Assembly (NCBI GenBank): GCA_051362555.1
Contig: CM120641.1
Location: 26,542,401 to 26,606,400 of the forward strand
Length of the DNA stretch: 64,000 nucleotides
Direction of reading: 5' to 3'
DNA from: Lingula anatina
Lineage: Eukaryota; Animalia; Brachiopoda
Part shown: positions 13,001 through 28,100 of the stretch, piece after piece
Position numbering within the stretch: position 1 is the first letter of the stretch
Layout: each line of letters begins with the position of its first letter
The notes under the pieces: model-generated
Told to the model about the DNA's origin: nothing
The model's input: the letters and a program-made list of their open reading frames with translations, nothing else
Database searches by the model: none
Program-made: the position numbers and the translations under genes

Positions 13001-16000
13001 GGTAAAAAGGAAAAACCAAAGGAGAAAGAAAAAGAGAAAGTGAAAGGGAATTTGAAAAAAGACGAAAAAAGTTATTTGAACTTCAAAAATAATGACAAGA
13101 CAGCAAGACCAGCAAAGAAGAAGGACGTGAAGATAGAAGAGAAGAAAGACAAAAAGAAAGAAGAGAAAAAAGATGGGAAGAAGTCTGAGAACAAAGATGG
13201 AAAGAAGAATGACAAAGATGGAAAAAGGGTGGAAAAGAAAAGAAAGTCAAAGGATGAAAATGACAATCTGGAAAAGAACAAAAAGCAGGAACGCAAACCA
13301 AGTTACAGTGGCTGGAAATTCGAAGGGCCACCAGAAGAGAAATGTGTTATAAGCATAGTAAGTGAAAATAAACCTTGCCCAAAGAACATTTAACAGACTA
13401 TTAAACCAGTTTTTCTCAAATGTACAAGAAATCTTAATTCTGTGAATTGCTTTAAAAGAGGACTCTATATATAGATACAGTTTGCTGTTGGTATTTTGAT
13501 CCCAGTCTTTACGTTTGCACAATACTTAAGTTTAAAATGTGCAAATTTTAAGATACTGCCAAACATATTGGGTAACCCAGCATTGGCTAAAATGTTACAG
13601 CAAGATTACTGATATTTTTCTCTTTATGTCAGGATGACAATCCTCCAGTTCGTAGGATGTGCTATCCTGCCATCAAACACGATGATGGAGACATAATACG
13701 TGTTCGAGACTGTGTTCTACTGAAATCTGGACCAAGGAAGACAGACTTGCCATATGTAGCCAAAATTGCTGCCTTCTGGGAGATGCCTGAAGACAGTAAG
13801 GATACTAATGATCAACATATTTTATAGTGGAATATTGATACATTTCTGTTTTGTTTTCATTTTTAAAAATTTCATATATGTAATTTGTAATTACTACAAC
13901 TGGTATACAAAACCTTGATTGCCAGATTTTAACCAATTTGCCAGTTTTGAAATCTCATTTTCAGGCGATGACTGATACAGGGGATGGTTATGTTAGAGAC
14001 TGTACCCTGTGCATTAAGATTTTCTATTAGCACTTTCACACATATTCATGATATAGTAGACAATTTGTGTAATTTTTAAAAAGAAAAAACTGAATTGGAA
14101 AATCGTTGGTTTTTGTTCTAGAGGAGATGATGATGAGTGTGTTATGGTATTATCGCCCTGAGCACACCGAGACCTGCTCACTACCCAAGACTGTCCCCAA
14201 CGAGATCTTTGCTTCGAAGCACAGAGATGAAAACAGTGTGGCATGTATTGATGACAAGTGTTATGTTCTGACGTTTGCCGAGTACTGCAGGTAAAAGAAA
14301 TACAGGTTTTACAGACACATTTTCACTTTCAAATTGGTAGTGGAAGCTGTCTGGTTATTTCAGTGAGTGAATGTTCTGATATATCCAGTAGTGTGATATC
14401 ACAGAAGGGAAAAAGATACCGAAGGTTGGACTTATAATGTAGTGCAGCCACTATCCGTTGTTGCAATTGATACAACCAGTGTTCTGAAGGGGAATTAATG
14501 TCATTAACCTTTGGGCAGGTCCTCGAGCAGATACCTAGATATGTGACTGGCTGTGTGATCATCCTATTGGGTCATTGATACTCTTTTCTCTGTAGAAGAT
14601 TGGATTGTCACAATTTTACATATTAAAGGGATAATAACTCTTCGTGTGAGGTCTATATTTCACAATAAAAACATTGTGAATAACTCATAGAAATATATTC
14701 TGTTTTACGACAAAAACAGCAGTTATAGCTATTATTCTGATATCTGAGCTTGTCTTCAAACCACGTGACCTCCATTGATAGCTATACTCTGTTATAATCT
14801 CTTAAGAGATTTTAACAAAAAACCAAACTTTTTAGAAAAAAAAACAGGGACTAATTTTGAATGTAAAAATGGATTCATTAACCATTGGTAAGTATGGGAA
14901 AATTGTTCTTTACTCCAGGAAAATTAATTTTTTGGCCAAAACGAAGAGTTATTATCCCTTTAAGCAATCATTTTTTTACTAGTCTTTTTCTCTTCTGTGA
15001 AATCTGACGGTTTGTTTGGACTCACCTGAAAAGTTCAGCTTAAATTCAGTTTAAGTTAATTGGCAGCATAGCAAATAGAGTCATCAGTATTGTAGCTGCA
15101 CTCAGTCAAAAAGGGAAGTCTCCAAATACTGATTGTATTTCATTTAATTCAAACGTAAAACTGAAAGAAAAATGAAATAAAACAAAATAAAATAAATAAC
15201 AGAACAAAAAATGTAGCGAAAAGTAAAGAAATACTGAAAACAAATTAAAATACAAAATAACCTCAAAATTGATAACAATTTACACGAAGTACATACGAAA
15301 GTGTAAGAAAAAGGATAGACGGAAACATTGCAAAGACCCAAAGCCAGAGAAATTTACGTTAGTGTTGAAGTAATTTGCCTTATCCCCGACCAAGTGTGCT
15401 AACATCATTATAAAAGGATAGATAGAAAATGTTGAAAGACCCAAAAGCCAGAGAAGTTTACGTTATCGTTGAAATAATTACCTTTTCCTCCGACTGGGTG
15501 AGCTAAGATGGTGTCGTTAGCTAGTGTTGTTAGATTCCCTGTGTTGTTCTGTGTACAAAAGTGAAGTGAGCAAAAAGAAATAGAGAGAAAGCCTTATATA
15601 AGCTGTGAAATGAAAACTGTTCAGTGCAGGGTGTGGTACAGGCATGTGACAGTGCGGTTACGTAAGTGCAGTGGCCTGTAACATCATAATTAGAAGAGAG
15701 AGAGAGAGAAAGAGAGTGAGAGAGAGAGAAAACAAGGAAGGAAAAAAAGAGAAAGAATGGAAAATGTACTTTGCATGAATAATAAGTAAACAAAGAATAA
15801 ACTCAAGTATAAAAAAAAATAAAAATATTGCGGACAGTTACAAGTATTAGGTAGTATGCCTGAATGAATAGTGTGGAGATACCGGTATACATAAAGCAGT
15901 CTGGTTGACATTTACACTGGCATTGTACAAGTTTTGACTCCATCATGGATTGGTTGGTAGATGCAAAATAAATTGAGATTATGTGAAATATTTTATTTAA

Positions 16001-16339
16001 TAAAAGACTTAACATTTTATCATTTGTCAGCTTTTAGATCCTCTTGTCCCAAAGTGTTGCTTTTGAAAGTTGGAAAATAACCAACAGAAAAAATGTACTT
16101 AATACAAATAGGTCACTGAAATCGTTCAATAATGTTCAGCTGTGTATTTCAGGTATCAGGGCAGACTGCGCATGGAACAAGAGCAGTTATATGTGAAACC
16201 TTCAATAGTACCAGAACCTGAAGATATTCCCCTGGTCAAGTGCAGACGAACTCCAGTAGGGGCGGATCCAGAAACTGTCTTCATTTGTCGTTATGTCTAT
16301 GACTTTAGACAGAAAAGAATTCTCAAAAATCCAGTATGA
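10016..16339 (+). CDS. BAHD1: Bromo adjacent homology domain-containing protein 1-like (C-terminal BAH domain), ~851 aa
   Basis: Phase-consistent GT-AG exons 10016-10924, 12009-12531, 12753-13357, 13633-13795, 14122-14290, 16153-16339. BAH motifs [61 protein letters not shown] and [19 protein letters not shown] match recalled vertebrate BAHD1; RxASLNA motif in the N-terminal region. Confidence 0.88.
11537..11704. mobile_element. MITE with 15-bp TIR and 5-bp TSD
   Basis: Perfect TIR caggcccgtagccag / ctggctacgggcctg; TSD CAGAA at 11532-11536 and 11705-11709; internal repeat ggaaaaaggtccact twice. Confidence 0.85.
14627..14959. mobile_element. Kolobok-like MITE (TTAA TSD)
   Basis: Perfect 19-bp TIR agggataataactcttcgt / acgaagagttattatccct; TTAA at 14623-14626 and 14960-14963. 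Confidence 0.8.
15330..15510. repeat. Diverged tandem duplication (~103-bp period) in a BAHD1 intron
   Basis: aaagacccaaa(a)gccagagaa(a/g)tttacgtta...ccgac...gctaa occurs twice. Confidence 0.7.
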
Positions 16340-19151
16340 AATTTTTTGCAATTAGTGATTTTATTTTTAAGCTTTTATTTTTTTGTTTCCTTTTAAAAAA
16401 TCAGCAGCTTTATTTATATAAGTATTATTTTTACTATTATAAATTAAATAGTCTCTCTCTCTAGAAAAAGTGGAAATAGCACATGGAAGACACAAACTTG
16501 TAGTTTCCACTCCAAAAATTGTTTTGAATCTTACAAAGAGTTAAAAATGATTCCTGTAAACATTTGACATCAGTAAATTGTTACTATTACAGTTTTTAAA
16601 AAGTATTTTATAATATAAAATGTTTGTTGTCATTTTATGTCTAGTTTTTTTTTTTTTTTTTTTTTTTTGACAGCTGAAAAGAATTTTTTGAAGCCACCGG
16701 TGATTGATGTTCTTAAAAGTACTGAAATACTTTCAAGCTTATTCAACTTTTATTAGTGATTTTATGACATCAATTTTGATGAAATGTTTTCAAGACGGAA
16801 CTCCAGTGGACAGGATTTCTATGTGACATTTTTTTGGATACAGTTTAGAATTGTTTATGCTGTGAAGCACAAGAAGTTTTTGTAGATGGTGAAGTTTTTG
16901 AACTGAAGATATAACAGTTGTTGTGAAGTACTGAATTACTATCAAGTGGAAAAGTATTTTGTACTACTTTAAACACGAGGGGGGGGGGGGAGGTGGAGGG
17001 AATAAAGGTTTACAACTTAAATACCATGTTTTAAAAATCATGGTTGAGTTTTGGGGCATGATGCTACTTTCCTTCGCATTCGTTTAAATAGAAAGTATTG
17101 TAGAATTATAGCAATTTTTGTAGTTGAATCATAAATGCTGATGCAAACTAGAATGATATTCTCAGAAAATGGAAGGCTATTTCTTTTTATTGAATGTTGT
17201 TCAGTAACAAGTTTTTAATGGCATAAGCATTTTGCTAGCATCATTTTCTGTAGACAATATTAACCCTCATTCTTTGCGAGGATTATTTCATTGTGCCTCG
17301 TGTTTAAATTCATTTCTGTAATACGATGCCATTTTTCATAAAATTCAGTAAGAAATAGGCTGGTGCTTATCAAGGAATTCAGGATCGTTTCCTTTACATA
17401 GTCCAAGTTGAAGTCTCAGCATTAAGAAAAACTATTGTGCACAATTTCATTATGAAAATCCAATATTTATGCAATCAAGTAGCCAATTAGTAGGACATTT
17501 TTTTCTTTATTTAATATAAAAATGTGAAGACAAGGTGAATATTTTACCTGTCCACCAATTTTGTGCAATTTTCTTCAGCGTGCCTCTGTAGTGCTGCATG
17601 TTGTATAGTGTATGGAACAAAATGCCAGTTTCAGATTAATGTTAGAGTCCCGTGATAAAAAGCATAAACATATAATGTATAGGAATGTTGTATCAACATT
17701 ACCCAGTCTGGTGGCTAATTTCTACTTTATTTAATCAGAGATGTCCATCTGAGGCAGTTGTAATGAGGTGTAATATTAGTTGATTATTGAACATGAAATT
17801 TGCTTTAGCAGTAAACTTATAATTCTATCTTTATTATCACACCATTTAATATGGCAGCTTTCGCACGTGATCAATTTGCATTGATTTGATTGGCTTTGCT
17901 TTCTTGTCAGTTTCCCCCCATCCTGTGATGTTTTCAACAGTAAACAACTTTGTTGTGCTGGTTAAGTGAATGTCCATGTGAGGATCATAAAATAAAATAT
18001 TTCAGAAAAAAAAAGGAATTTGTGTTTGAGCATTGGGATAAGGAAAACAATGGGAAGGGGGTCACCATAAAGCAAATATTCAACACCTGTTTTCTTTGTG
18101 ATCTTTCTTGGACTCTTTATAGATATAATTTATGATTGTTGACAAATAAGTGCATAAAATGTCCAAGCACTGAAGTAAACAAGCATTTTGTCACACAAGA
18201 ATTTGGTTGGATAAAAACAGGCCCTCATTGAAGACAATACAGTAGTCCACATAGCTGGCAAATCACTTAAATCCCTCTATGCAAATAGTAAACCAAAACC
18301 AGGGCTGGAACAAACCACAGTATACAGATTCTGAATCACAAAATAAGATAACACCATATATATTCTATGAATACTTCTCATGACCTGACTTGGACAAAGC
18401 TAGTTTTTAAACAAATTCTTGTCAAAGAGAAAACCCCAATTTGGTTTAACTACACAAAAGAGCCTGCAAAATGTACTATCAAAACAAACTATCTTATGAC
18501 TTTGAGACAAATAAATACTTGAATATGACACAGAAATTGCATCAATTCTTAATAATAATAGCTAAAATATTTATCTACAGTATTCAGCACATTGTCCTTC
18601 TATTATTCAAACCAAGAGCACAGTGTACAAAAAAAATTTGCTGAAATATCAAGGAGGATAACATTTAACTCCGCTTCAAACTTATTTCACAATCCATTTC
18701 TCATTCCATATCACCTCAATGCTTTTAAACCAAAGCATGCAAAATATAATTTTATTTGTTAAAAAAAGTTTCTTAAGACTGGAAAGTTCCTCCGCATTTT
18801 TCCTATCGTGAACAGTTCACAGACATACAGTTAAAATATTGCACCATTGCCTCAAGCTTGGCATCCTCAGAACTGCGTTATAAAAATATTTTGGTTGTCC
18901 ATAAACTGTGGATTCTCCAATCTACTTACTAAGTGTCACATAAATATATTTCTTGATGGCTTGATAAGAATCCCAACATTCTGTATATAGAGCAATCCAA
19001 GTTTTATGCATCTCCTAATAAAAATATATACAGTTTGTTCTTCATAAGGAACTGAATCACCGATTTGTAGTGCCTGTCATAATCTTTGTGTTCATCGTTT
19101 TCTTTTTTTTTAAATCAGATCAAAAACATTGACCTCCATGGCAAAATGGCA

Positions 19152-22100
19152 TTAAATAAGTCTTGAATTTTTCAAATACTGTATCAGGGTCTTGTAGACA
19201 AAGCCATACTGCCCTACAGTCTGCACCATGTGCATTCTTTGTTCACGGATCTTGGTCAGAACCCCAGGAATATCCACTGGCTGTAACAGATAACAAAAAC
19301 AATTCTTTCTTCAAAATCTTATCACTTTTTCTCATAAATTATTGACAATAATAATTATAGATCATGTAACTGCTCTTATGGGTCATAATCCCCCCCCCCC
19401 CCTCAATTACTTATTTAATGAATTCTGAATTGCTTCAGAATGACACATGTAAAAAAATTCCATTACTGAACAGCTGCTCACTACAAGTGGCTGTAAACAA
19501 TTTTAACTTTCACTGCTGTAACATGCAGAAATGGACAAAAGTTGACAGTGCTAAAAATACTATCAAATTTACTATATATGCATATTTTGTAATTCATTAC
19601 AAGATAAATATAAGCAATTTATTTGAGAAATACGTCTTCTTCACATGGGAAACCTACATAACACGACTGGTTTTTTTTATTCTACTTGAATGTATTACCT
19701 CATTGAATTCCAAGCAAGCCTTCATGACCTCTGTGAGGATGACCACTCCTGTCCGGCCAACCCCAGCACTACAGTGGACAAGGATGGGTGTCCTGTAGCT
19801 GTCCGTCCTCTCTCCCAGGGCATGTCTATGTACAGACTCAATTTCATCAAGATATGCTGTCACGAAGAAAAAAGAGACACCAGTCATTTCAACAAAGCAC
19901 AAACAAAAAATTTCATGACTATAATTTAGTCTTCATTTTGACCAGGTCTGGAAAACATACATATGGCAGTCACTTGGTTTTTATATAGGCAAGTTTTCCT
20001 CTGTTAAAACCATACTGTAACATTGGTTTTTTATTATGTAAATGATATTTAAAGGACCTGTGATATACTGAAGAGTGGCGTTTCTGACTTCTGCTATAGT
20101 GAATGTAGAGAAAAGACCCAGGTAAGGGGTATTTTGCATAACATGCATGTTTGCCATATACACCACATTCGGACATTTTTTTTACATCCACCACTGTATA
20201 AGATCAAGCAAAACAATATCTTGATTTAATCATGTTTGCTCCAGTTTGTGCAAATGTCCATTGCTGAATTTTGTGATTCTGAGCATAGAGAAAAATAAAT
20301 TATTGGGATTTTTTCTTATGGTTCATAAGGATAACAGAAAATGATAAAACTTTACATGGTTTCTTTTCACATTAAAAACACAGATTGTGCATATTAATTT
20401 ATTGGCAGAACTAGAATAACAACTGGGGCTGGTTCTACAAAAAAAATCACAACTGAAAATTGGGCTCAACTCTGAAATCAAAATTTCATGCTATAAACAT
20501 ATGTACTTACATAAAAACCCATATATGTCATCTGGGCATCCATGGTCAGGCCAGTCTGTGTATTGTAAGTGCCAGACAGTCTTGGTCTGTTTGGACTTGA
20601 CATGCCTTACTTCTAAATTACTGGTCACATAACACAAGGAATCATTGGCAAACTTAAACTTCACCTCATACTGTAAAGAAACACAAGGGTAAGGAGTCAA
20701 TAATGACAAGACTGCACAAGAGATGAGATTAAAAAATGAGAACAATCTGATGCAGATCAAATAATATTCTTAAAAGACTGACCTACCTGGGTTGTACCCC
20801 TCATTAACAACATGCAAATATTTAAAATATGTACAATTCATAAATCAATATACAACACTGAATGAGGGAATTGATTTGTTCAACAATGAGGCATACTACA
20901 GAAAGCAATTAAACGGTTACAGTACTGGAACATTTAATTTCTCATCCAAAGGAACAGCTTCCTGAAATGGTGTTTTCTAAGCGACTCCTTCCATGCTGAA
21001 AGGACATATACTGATTCAATTTTTAGTTCAATTTTTGGAAAAAAACTTTGAATTCCAATACTCAAAGAATGCAACCCCACAAATCTCACCTCTCCATACT
21101 TCTGTACTTCATTTGGCTTATCTGGCCAGTATGGGAAACATTTTTCTTTTCCAGCTTCCTGTAAGATAAAGTTAATTAAGACTTTTTAAAGCTATATGAT
21201 CATTTCAAACATATTTCACCTGTTAAGGATTGCTCATATTGTTACACTTTCAACAATAAGTGCAGGATAAAGCTATTTGATTTCATCGCAGAATTAAAAA
21301 TAATCAATGTATAAAAAAATTAATATGTATCACAATAAATAACAGTAATGATAGTAATTCTGAGATTTTTATTTTAAAAAATCAGTTAGAATCAACAATT
21401 TTTGGGGATGAAATACTCAAAGGAAAAAAAATTATGCATATAAAATCTGCAAATGTACCATTAGTTCAGTCAACATGGATATCACTTGGACGTCCCACTC
21501 CCACACAAGCTGCCAGAAATCACCTGCAGTTTTAGCCATTGGAGCTTGGGTGGCAATGTACCAGAAGTCCTCCTTTCTAATCTTCAGCTACAGTATGGAG
21601 AACACAATTATTAGATATCACATTGTGTAGCTCTCCATGCTAGAGCAAATGCAACTTCTTCATTTTACAAATACTAAAAAGCATGGAGTCTTCCTCCCTT
21701 ATCTTCGGCTACAGCACATAAATTCCATAACTGGTATATATATTTAATTAACTTAAATCCGCACATTTAATTAATTAATTTAATCTCCATTTGTGTTCCC
21801 CCTGCACAATTCATTTTGGAAAAAATATATGCAACAGACAAATCGTTAAAAATTTCACCTTAATATGTGATGCATTGATATATCCAGTCTTGTTCTCCTT
21901 GGTGGGTTTTAACTTCACTCTGTTCTCTTCATATGGGACCACATCCTTGAATCTGTTTCTGTCAGTATTTTCTTCTTTAAGCGCAGTGCTGCAATCGCTT
22001 TTAGCCTTTCTCTTTGGCAGTTTTTCGTACTCAACAAAAACTTGACCCTCTTCTAACTTGTTCTCTAAAATTTTTCTCTGAAAATAGACGTTTAATGGTA

Positions 22101-25100
22101 CTTTTTAAAAACTTTCACATGGCACTGACTTCAATCTAACTTTTTAGTGTAAAGAAATTATATACAGCCATAAGCAGTATAGGAAGGTTACACATTGTAA
22201 AAATGATTTATTATATAACTATCTGGCTATAGCAACACCATGCTGCTCTCACAACAGACAAACATTCTGTTCCTTCTGACTCATCAACTATAATAAATGA
22301 TATGTCAGTGAAAATTTGCCCCATCATAAGTTGCGAAAAGACCTGTCAAGGAAGGGAATTGTTTCACATTACAGCATCAAATGCACTGCCAGTCTCAGTG
22401 AAACTTTGCTAAACATTTAACAATATTAAACATTTTGTGGTTTTCAAATTTCCTAATGAGCAATTTTGGGTGTGTGGATTTTTTTTGGGGGAGGGGAATG
22501 CCTGTCACCTTTTTTTGTTTCGTGGTGCATAACTGAAGCTCATTTCAGGTCAAGTAAATATCGACATGCAAAACAGGGCTTGTTTATTTCTGAAAAACAA
22601 GTTCAATTGTGACATCATCTTGAGTGAAGTAACACATTTCTGAATACTTTTTACACATACTTTGATTTTTCAAGTTGGTGAAAGTGGGCCACGTTAAAAA
22701 GCAAGGCAGATGTTATCTGAAACTGAAAATACAGTCACATTTTTGTAGTACTGTTTGCATACACAAGACTGCACCAAGAAATGCTTTCTCTACTCCTTCA
22801 GCATTAGTTGTTTATGATTGAAAAAAAAATTGCATGATTGGGGGAGGGGGGAGGTTTACATAAAGAGACATACTTTGTATTTGAATAAAAAAAAAAAAAC
22901 AGTTCACTTACTCTTTCATCCTTGGGAGCCCTGGCTTCATCGTTCTGCTGTGCTTTTAGTGTTGGCCTTGACACTGTAAGCCCATTCATCGCAGCCAGGC
23001 GAAGGGGGCCAATACTTCTGTGCTTCAACTCAGAGTCCTGAAAAATATATATATTAAGTGTTACTAAAATAACTTAATGTTACCATTTCAGTCCACCCAT
23101 AGTGATAACCACCACATCTACTTCACTAAAGTCAACACCATAACAGTCTGAAATTCTATCTCCAGTTGAAGGTTTATGCTCATGCTAGCTAGCCCAAGTC
23201 TTTTCTTGTCCAATACAATCATTTTTTACCCATCAAATACAAAACAGAAGTCTGTCAAATTACTTTGGTAAACCAAAACCATAGTAATACCTCGATAGAA
23301 ATGACTTTTGGTGAAAATGAGCCATTTGCCAAGCTGTGGCTTCTGTTTGCAGTGATATTACAGTGTACAAATATGGCTGACCCTTAAGTAAGTGTATACA
23401 CATACTTGTCATGGAAAAAGTGTTGAAAGTTAATCCAATCACAGTCAGGCTACTCTGAGCATTTGTTCCTGATGGAAATAACATTAGTGCCCAAAATACT
23501 GCTAGTAAACTAAATTACTGTGAAAAAGGAGACTTCTTGGAATTTGTTATGAGGCCTTCGATTGTTTAAAGAAGGAGTGCCTAGGACCCTTGTAAACTGT
23601 AAGAAGTCTGAAAAATAGCAGCGCTGTCTGAATTTTAATATTATTCTGTAACTTGATTTGTCTGGGTCAACAAATCCCCCATTACATCACACTGCACACT
23701 TCAGTCCTTTATTGATCAACTTTTCTTTCCCACAGCATTTTACTAATATAGATCTCAGATGAGAAGAGGGAAAAAATAACAAACAGATCACCAATAAGGC
23801 TTTTGAATTTTGACCCACATTCAAAAGAAGTCTTTTCAACCTACCTGTCAATAATTGAAGCTGTCCAATTGAAATGTGACAAGACAACATCACCTTACAT
23901 GTTTAAATCACTTTTCTTCTACAGCAGTTGATACATATATAAGTAATCCCAAACTGCCATTATAAAATGATCCTTGCCCTAGCTAATGTGCTTTAAAAAG
24001 TCCAAATGTCTTTCTCTCCAAATAACTTTCTATATTCTTAAACCTTAACAAGTAAACCGACCAAAACATCAATGTCACCTGCGTAGGTGCATGATCTAAT
24101 ATTTACAACCAGTAGATAATCTAAAGTGCCTCAACATACCTTTATCTCACTTGACCTCTTTTGCTTCACCAAGGACATCCACATTAAGATATATTTCAAC
24201 AAGAGTTCATAACCTGACTGTGCTGAGACAATAGTAAGCTAAGTGTGACTTAAAGTATATTCAACCTACCCACTAATAGCTCCAGTCCCGATAAAAAAAT
24301 AGAAACAGCTGATTTAGAGCAGCACCTAGTGTTGGCCTACTATTTCGTTGCAGACACGCGTGCATGACTTGTTCGCTAACTGGGCCAGCTTAAAAGAATC
24401 TGCAAACAATTTCAGACTTATTTCACACAGGGAGCTGGGCGAAGGATATCAAATATCACAACCATGAAGTCTGCAGCGCACTGGCATGCCAAGCAACAAT
24501 GCACTACAACTATTACCCTTGTAGACTGCTGGTTAACATCAATTTTCTCCTCACATCAGACAGTCAAATTATGCACTGCAACCCCCTACTATCACAGAAA
24601 ACCAACAGAATCATTTTGCTTTTTAAGTTATTATTTCATGCCCCCCCCAAAAAAACTGTCAAAACTATATGATAAGTCTTACACATAGTAACTCGATGTC
24701 TGCTTCAAGAAAGCCAGAAGGAAATTCTTTCCATCGTGTCCCAAGCTGAGGTAATAGAGAGACCAGCACTCATGTACAAATCCTCACCAGACAAACTATA
24801 CTTCTCTCAATATGACAGCAAACAGATTTCCAATCCAGCTGTGATCACAGACTTTAACTATAAATAATTGATCATCTGATTCATGACAAATAGCTTTGAC
24901 AGAATTTAACCTCTACCATCATTGCCAATGTATTTTTGCAATTAAATATAAAAATAATTTTTCTAACTGTGATCTCACGCATCACTGAGCATAATTTCAA
25001 ATACACAGAAAAAATCAGGATTAGAAATATCAAAATTTTATACCTAAGTCATGTCAACTTTTATCACCAGCTGTGACATCCAAGAGAACTGCCCTTCCAC

Positions 25101-28100
25101 ATATGTAATCAACAGTGATTGTTATAACAATATGTGTAAGCCAACAGCACAAACAGGAACTTATACCATCTATTATATTATGCCCCTTAAGCTTTCCCAA
25201 TTATGTTTAACACTTGAAAAAGTAATCAGTTTAGATTACATTACTAAAAACTGCACACAATTAAGTTGTGCTACCGTAGTACGTAACTGATATAGATAAA
25301 TAGGGTAAGAAATTTGAGAGAAAAAGTGGTTTTGTTGGAGCAGTACATAATAAAAGTGAAAGGACAAAAAAATTGTTAAAAACAACATCAATGCAAATAC
25401 CACACATCTAATACAAATATGCTGAAAACAGCTTGAGAACTTGATACCTATTGTACTATCAAACAATAAGCCAAAATCAAACTTAATCTCTAAGAGTTCT
25501 TCAAAGCACAAAAAAGAGACCAAAACAAAACCTACCTCATCTTCAGAACTGTCCATTTCAGTTTTCTTCTTACTCCTCCTCTTCACATCCCCAAGAGGCC
25601 CAGGCCCCCCTTGCAGAACCCCATGACCAGAGGACGTAGTATCAATAGAACTGGACTTGGAATGAGATCTACCACCGGCGTCATCTTTATCCAGTGCCGT
25701 TACATCCAAACACTGTATGCTTTCTTTGTCACTGTCATATGCTGTATTAGCAGAGCCAACTGTGAACTCCGCTTTACTGTCCTGTCGCTTAGCACCAGCT
25801 TCCTCAGGTGTCTGCTGCGCTGAAGATTTCACAGCCCCTGTCCCAACTGAGGCAGCCCTGCCCCTCTGCTGCACAATACTTTCATCAAAGACTGGTGGCT
25901 TAATGCTCTTTGTGATAGCACTCGTGCTATCCTGACTGGAGTCACTGTAGTGGTAACTATGGCGTATGGCTGTGGTGGGGGCAGGGGCAGGAACGGCAAC
26001 AGCTGAAGGATCCGACTTGGACCGAGACTTTCTTTCTCTCACATGTGGTCGGGTTTCCTCCTCAGGTTCCGAAAAATGTTCGTGAAAAGTTGCATCTGAG
26101 GCATTGCTTTTCCTTTCTTCTTCCAGAAGATCAGGTGGAGGTGGCTCCCTCTCTCCACCCCCTTCACCATCGTCATCATCCTCGAACTCAATAGGGACCT
26201 CATCAAATTTAAGATCTGCCAGATTTTCAAAACTTTTATACATTTTGTGATTCACTGCCACAGGCTCTGTGGTCACCACAGGTGCTGCCACCTGTGGGTC
26301 AGTCTGTGACACTAATGCTGCTCCATGATGAATATTAATCATGTTCTGCTGATCTTCAAAATTCTGATCTAGCGTGTGCTGTTCTAGGGCACTGACTTCA
26401 CAAGTCTGTCCTGCCCTTACCTGTGTTGCCAGGTCATCAAAGCTGTGATACTGAGCATAGCTTGGAGGAGGGTGAGCGGGCACAGCATTGGGATTGATAT
26501 TCCTTCTAGACACCAGGTCTGGGCTGTCACTGATAGTCCTTGCATTGGTCTGAGAGGCCAGATCGGGGGTGCTCCGACTGGGGCGGGGGTAGGGTGGGGG
26601 AGGTTTGAAACAGTAACTGGAGTCTGTTGTCACTAAGTGAGGAGGGCAGTAGGGAGGGGGCTGTGTCCCCTGGGTGTTCAGTTCGGGCGTGCTGACTGCA
26701 GGGTACATGTTCATGCTATTTACCCTATCAACAACATTCCCCCTTTCCCCACCGCCCCCACCTCCACCACCACCATTATTTATAACCACGTGTCCATTCC
26801 TGTGCCCTTGCCCCCGGACCAAGTTCACATACTGCTCCTGCATGTTATATATGGATTCAGTTCGGATTTCAGGCTGGCTGTAAGCCATGGTCTCGGGGTG
26901 AGAATACACCAAGGAGTCTCCAATATTTCCGCCTAGCATCCTTTGCTGCATCACCTGATCATAGCTAGGACTGGGCCTGTAGGCAGGGAGCAGCATCTGC
27001 CTGGGATCCTGCAGGCTAGTTTGTGATACTCCCAGGTGGGATTGGGAAGTCTGTGTGAGAGGGATTTGGTATGGGTTATTGCCCGCCATGACGTGGCCGT
27101 TGGCCTGTGTGGGAGGTTCCGTGTTCTGATCCAGGCTGTACTGGGAGTGGCTGAAGTATTCCATCTGAGACATGGGATCACTCTGCGTGGAATCTGAAAT
27201 AGAGTGGAAATGAGGAAATTTGAACTTTCAGGAAACTTCAAATTTTTAAAAATGATATTACTATTAAATCATTTTGAAAAAAAAAAAAGATGATTAATTG
27301 TTGTCAATAAAGTTTTATTTCTTTATCCTTTTTTTTTCAAGCCCATTTATAAATCATTTATAACTTTTGTCTTAAGACATCTCTTTATGTTGGTATGTCT
27401 ATTGAACATCTAATGTATTTAAAACTTCATTTAGGGCTATTTTTATCATTATTGCTTTCTTTAATTGAGATAATTCTACAAATTGCTCTGAAATTTTTCT
27501 ATCTTAGAAGGAACAGGAATAGGAAAAATAAACTTATATATATATTCAAAAACAACTTTCAAATTGTCACTATTGTTTAAAGAATAAATAATAGTTTAAA
27601 GAGTATTTAAAACTTTGCGAATTGCAAATGTCAAATATTTGAAATACTAAAGATTCTAGTAGTATTTACCTTGGTGTTGATAAAGTTCTTCAGAAATCAC
27701 AACTTTCTGGGTTGAATTTCCCTGAAATCAAAGAAAAACATTAAAGATGGAATTTCTTCTTATATCAGATATCACTGCAAACTTCTGTAATACCATTCTT
27801 ATCTGAAGATAACACCCTAAGACAGGATACAGGACCCTAAGACGTAATATGTAAATATCACTCACCCAAACGCATTTTAAAATGTTCATTTTGATATCTT
27901 TTCAATCAATCCAAGCCAAACTAATTAATTAATTAAGTGCAGTCATTCAAAGGCTTTCACGGATGTATATGATCAATGGTGTAAACTGCAAAAACTTTAA
28001 AATACTGGTATGAACTATGAAAGATCTCTTGTTGTAGCACAGCTGTGGACAATCAAGTATAATTGGTCCAGATGGTGTGAGAATTAGATGCTCAACAACA

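Noticed and set aside
13965-14005. Possible extra or poison exon in BAHD1 resembling VRDC
   Set aside because: The acceptor is plausible but there is no good donor, and the similarity is too short to support.
19940-20195. Possible MITE ending ...catccaccactg
   Set aside because: No convincing matching left TIR or TSD found.
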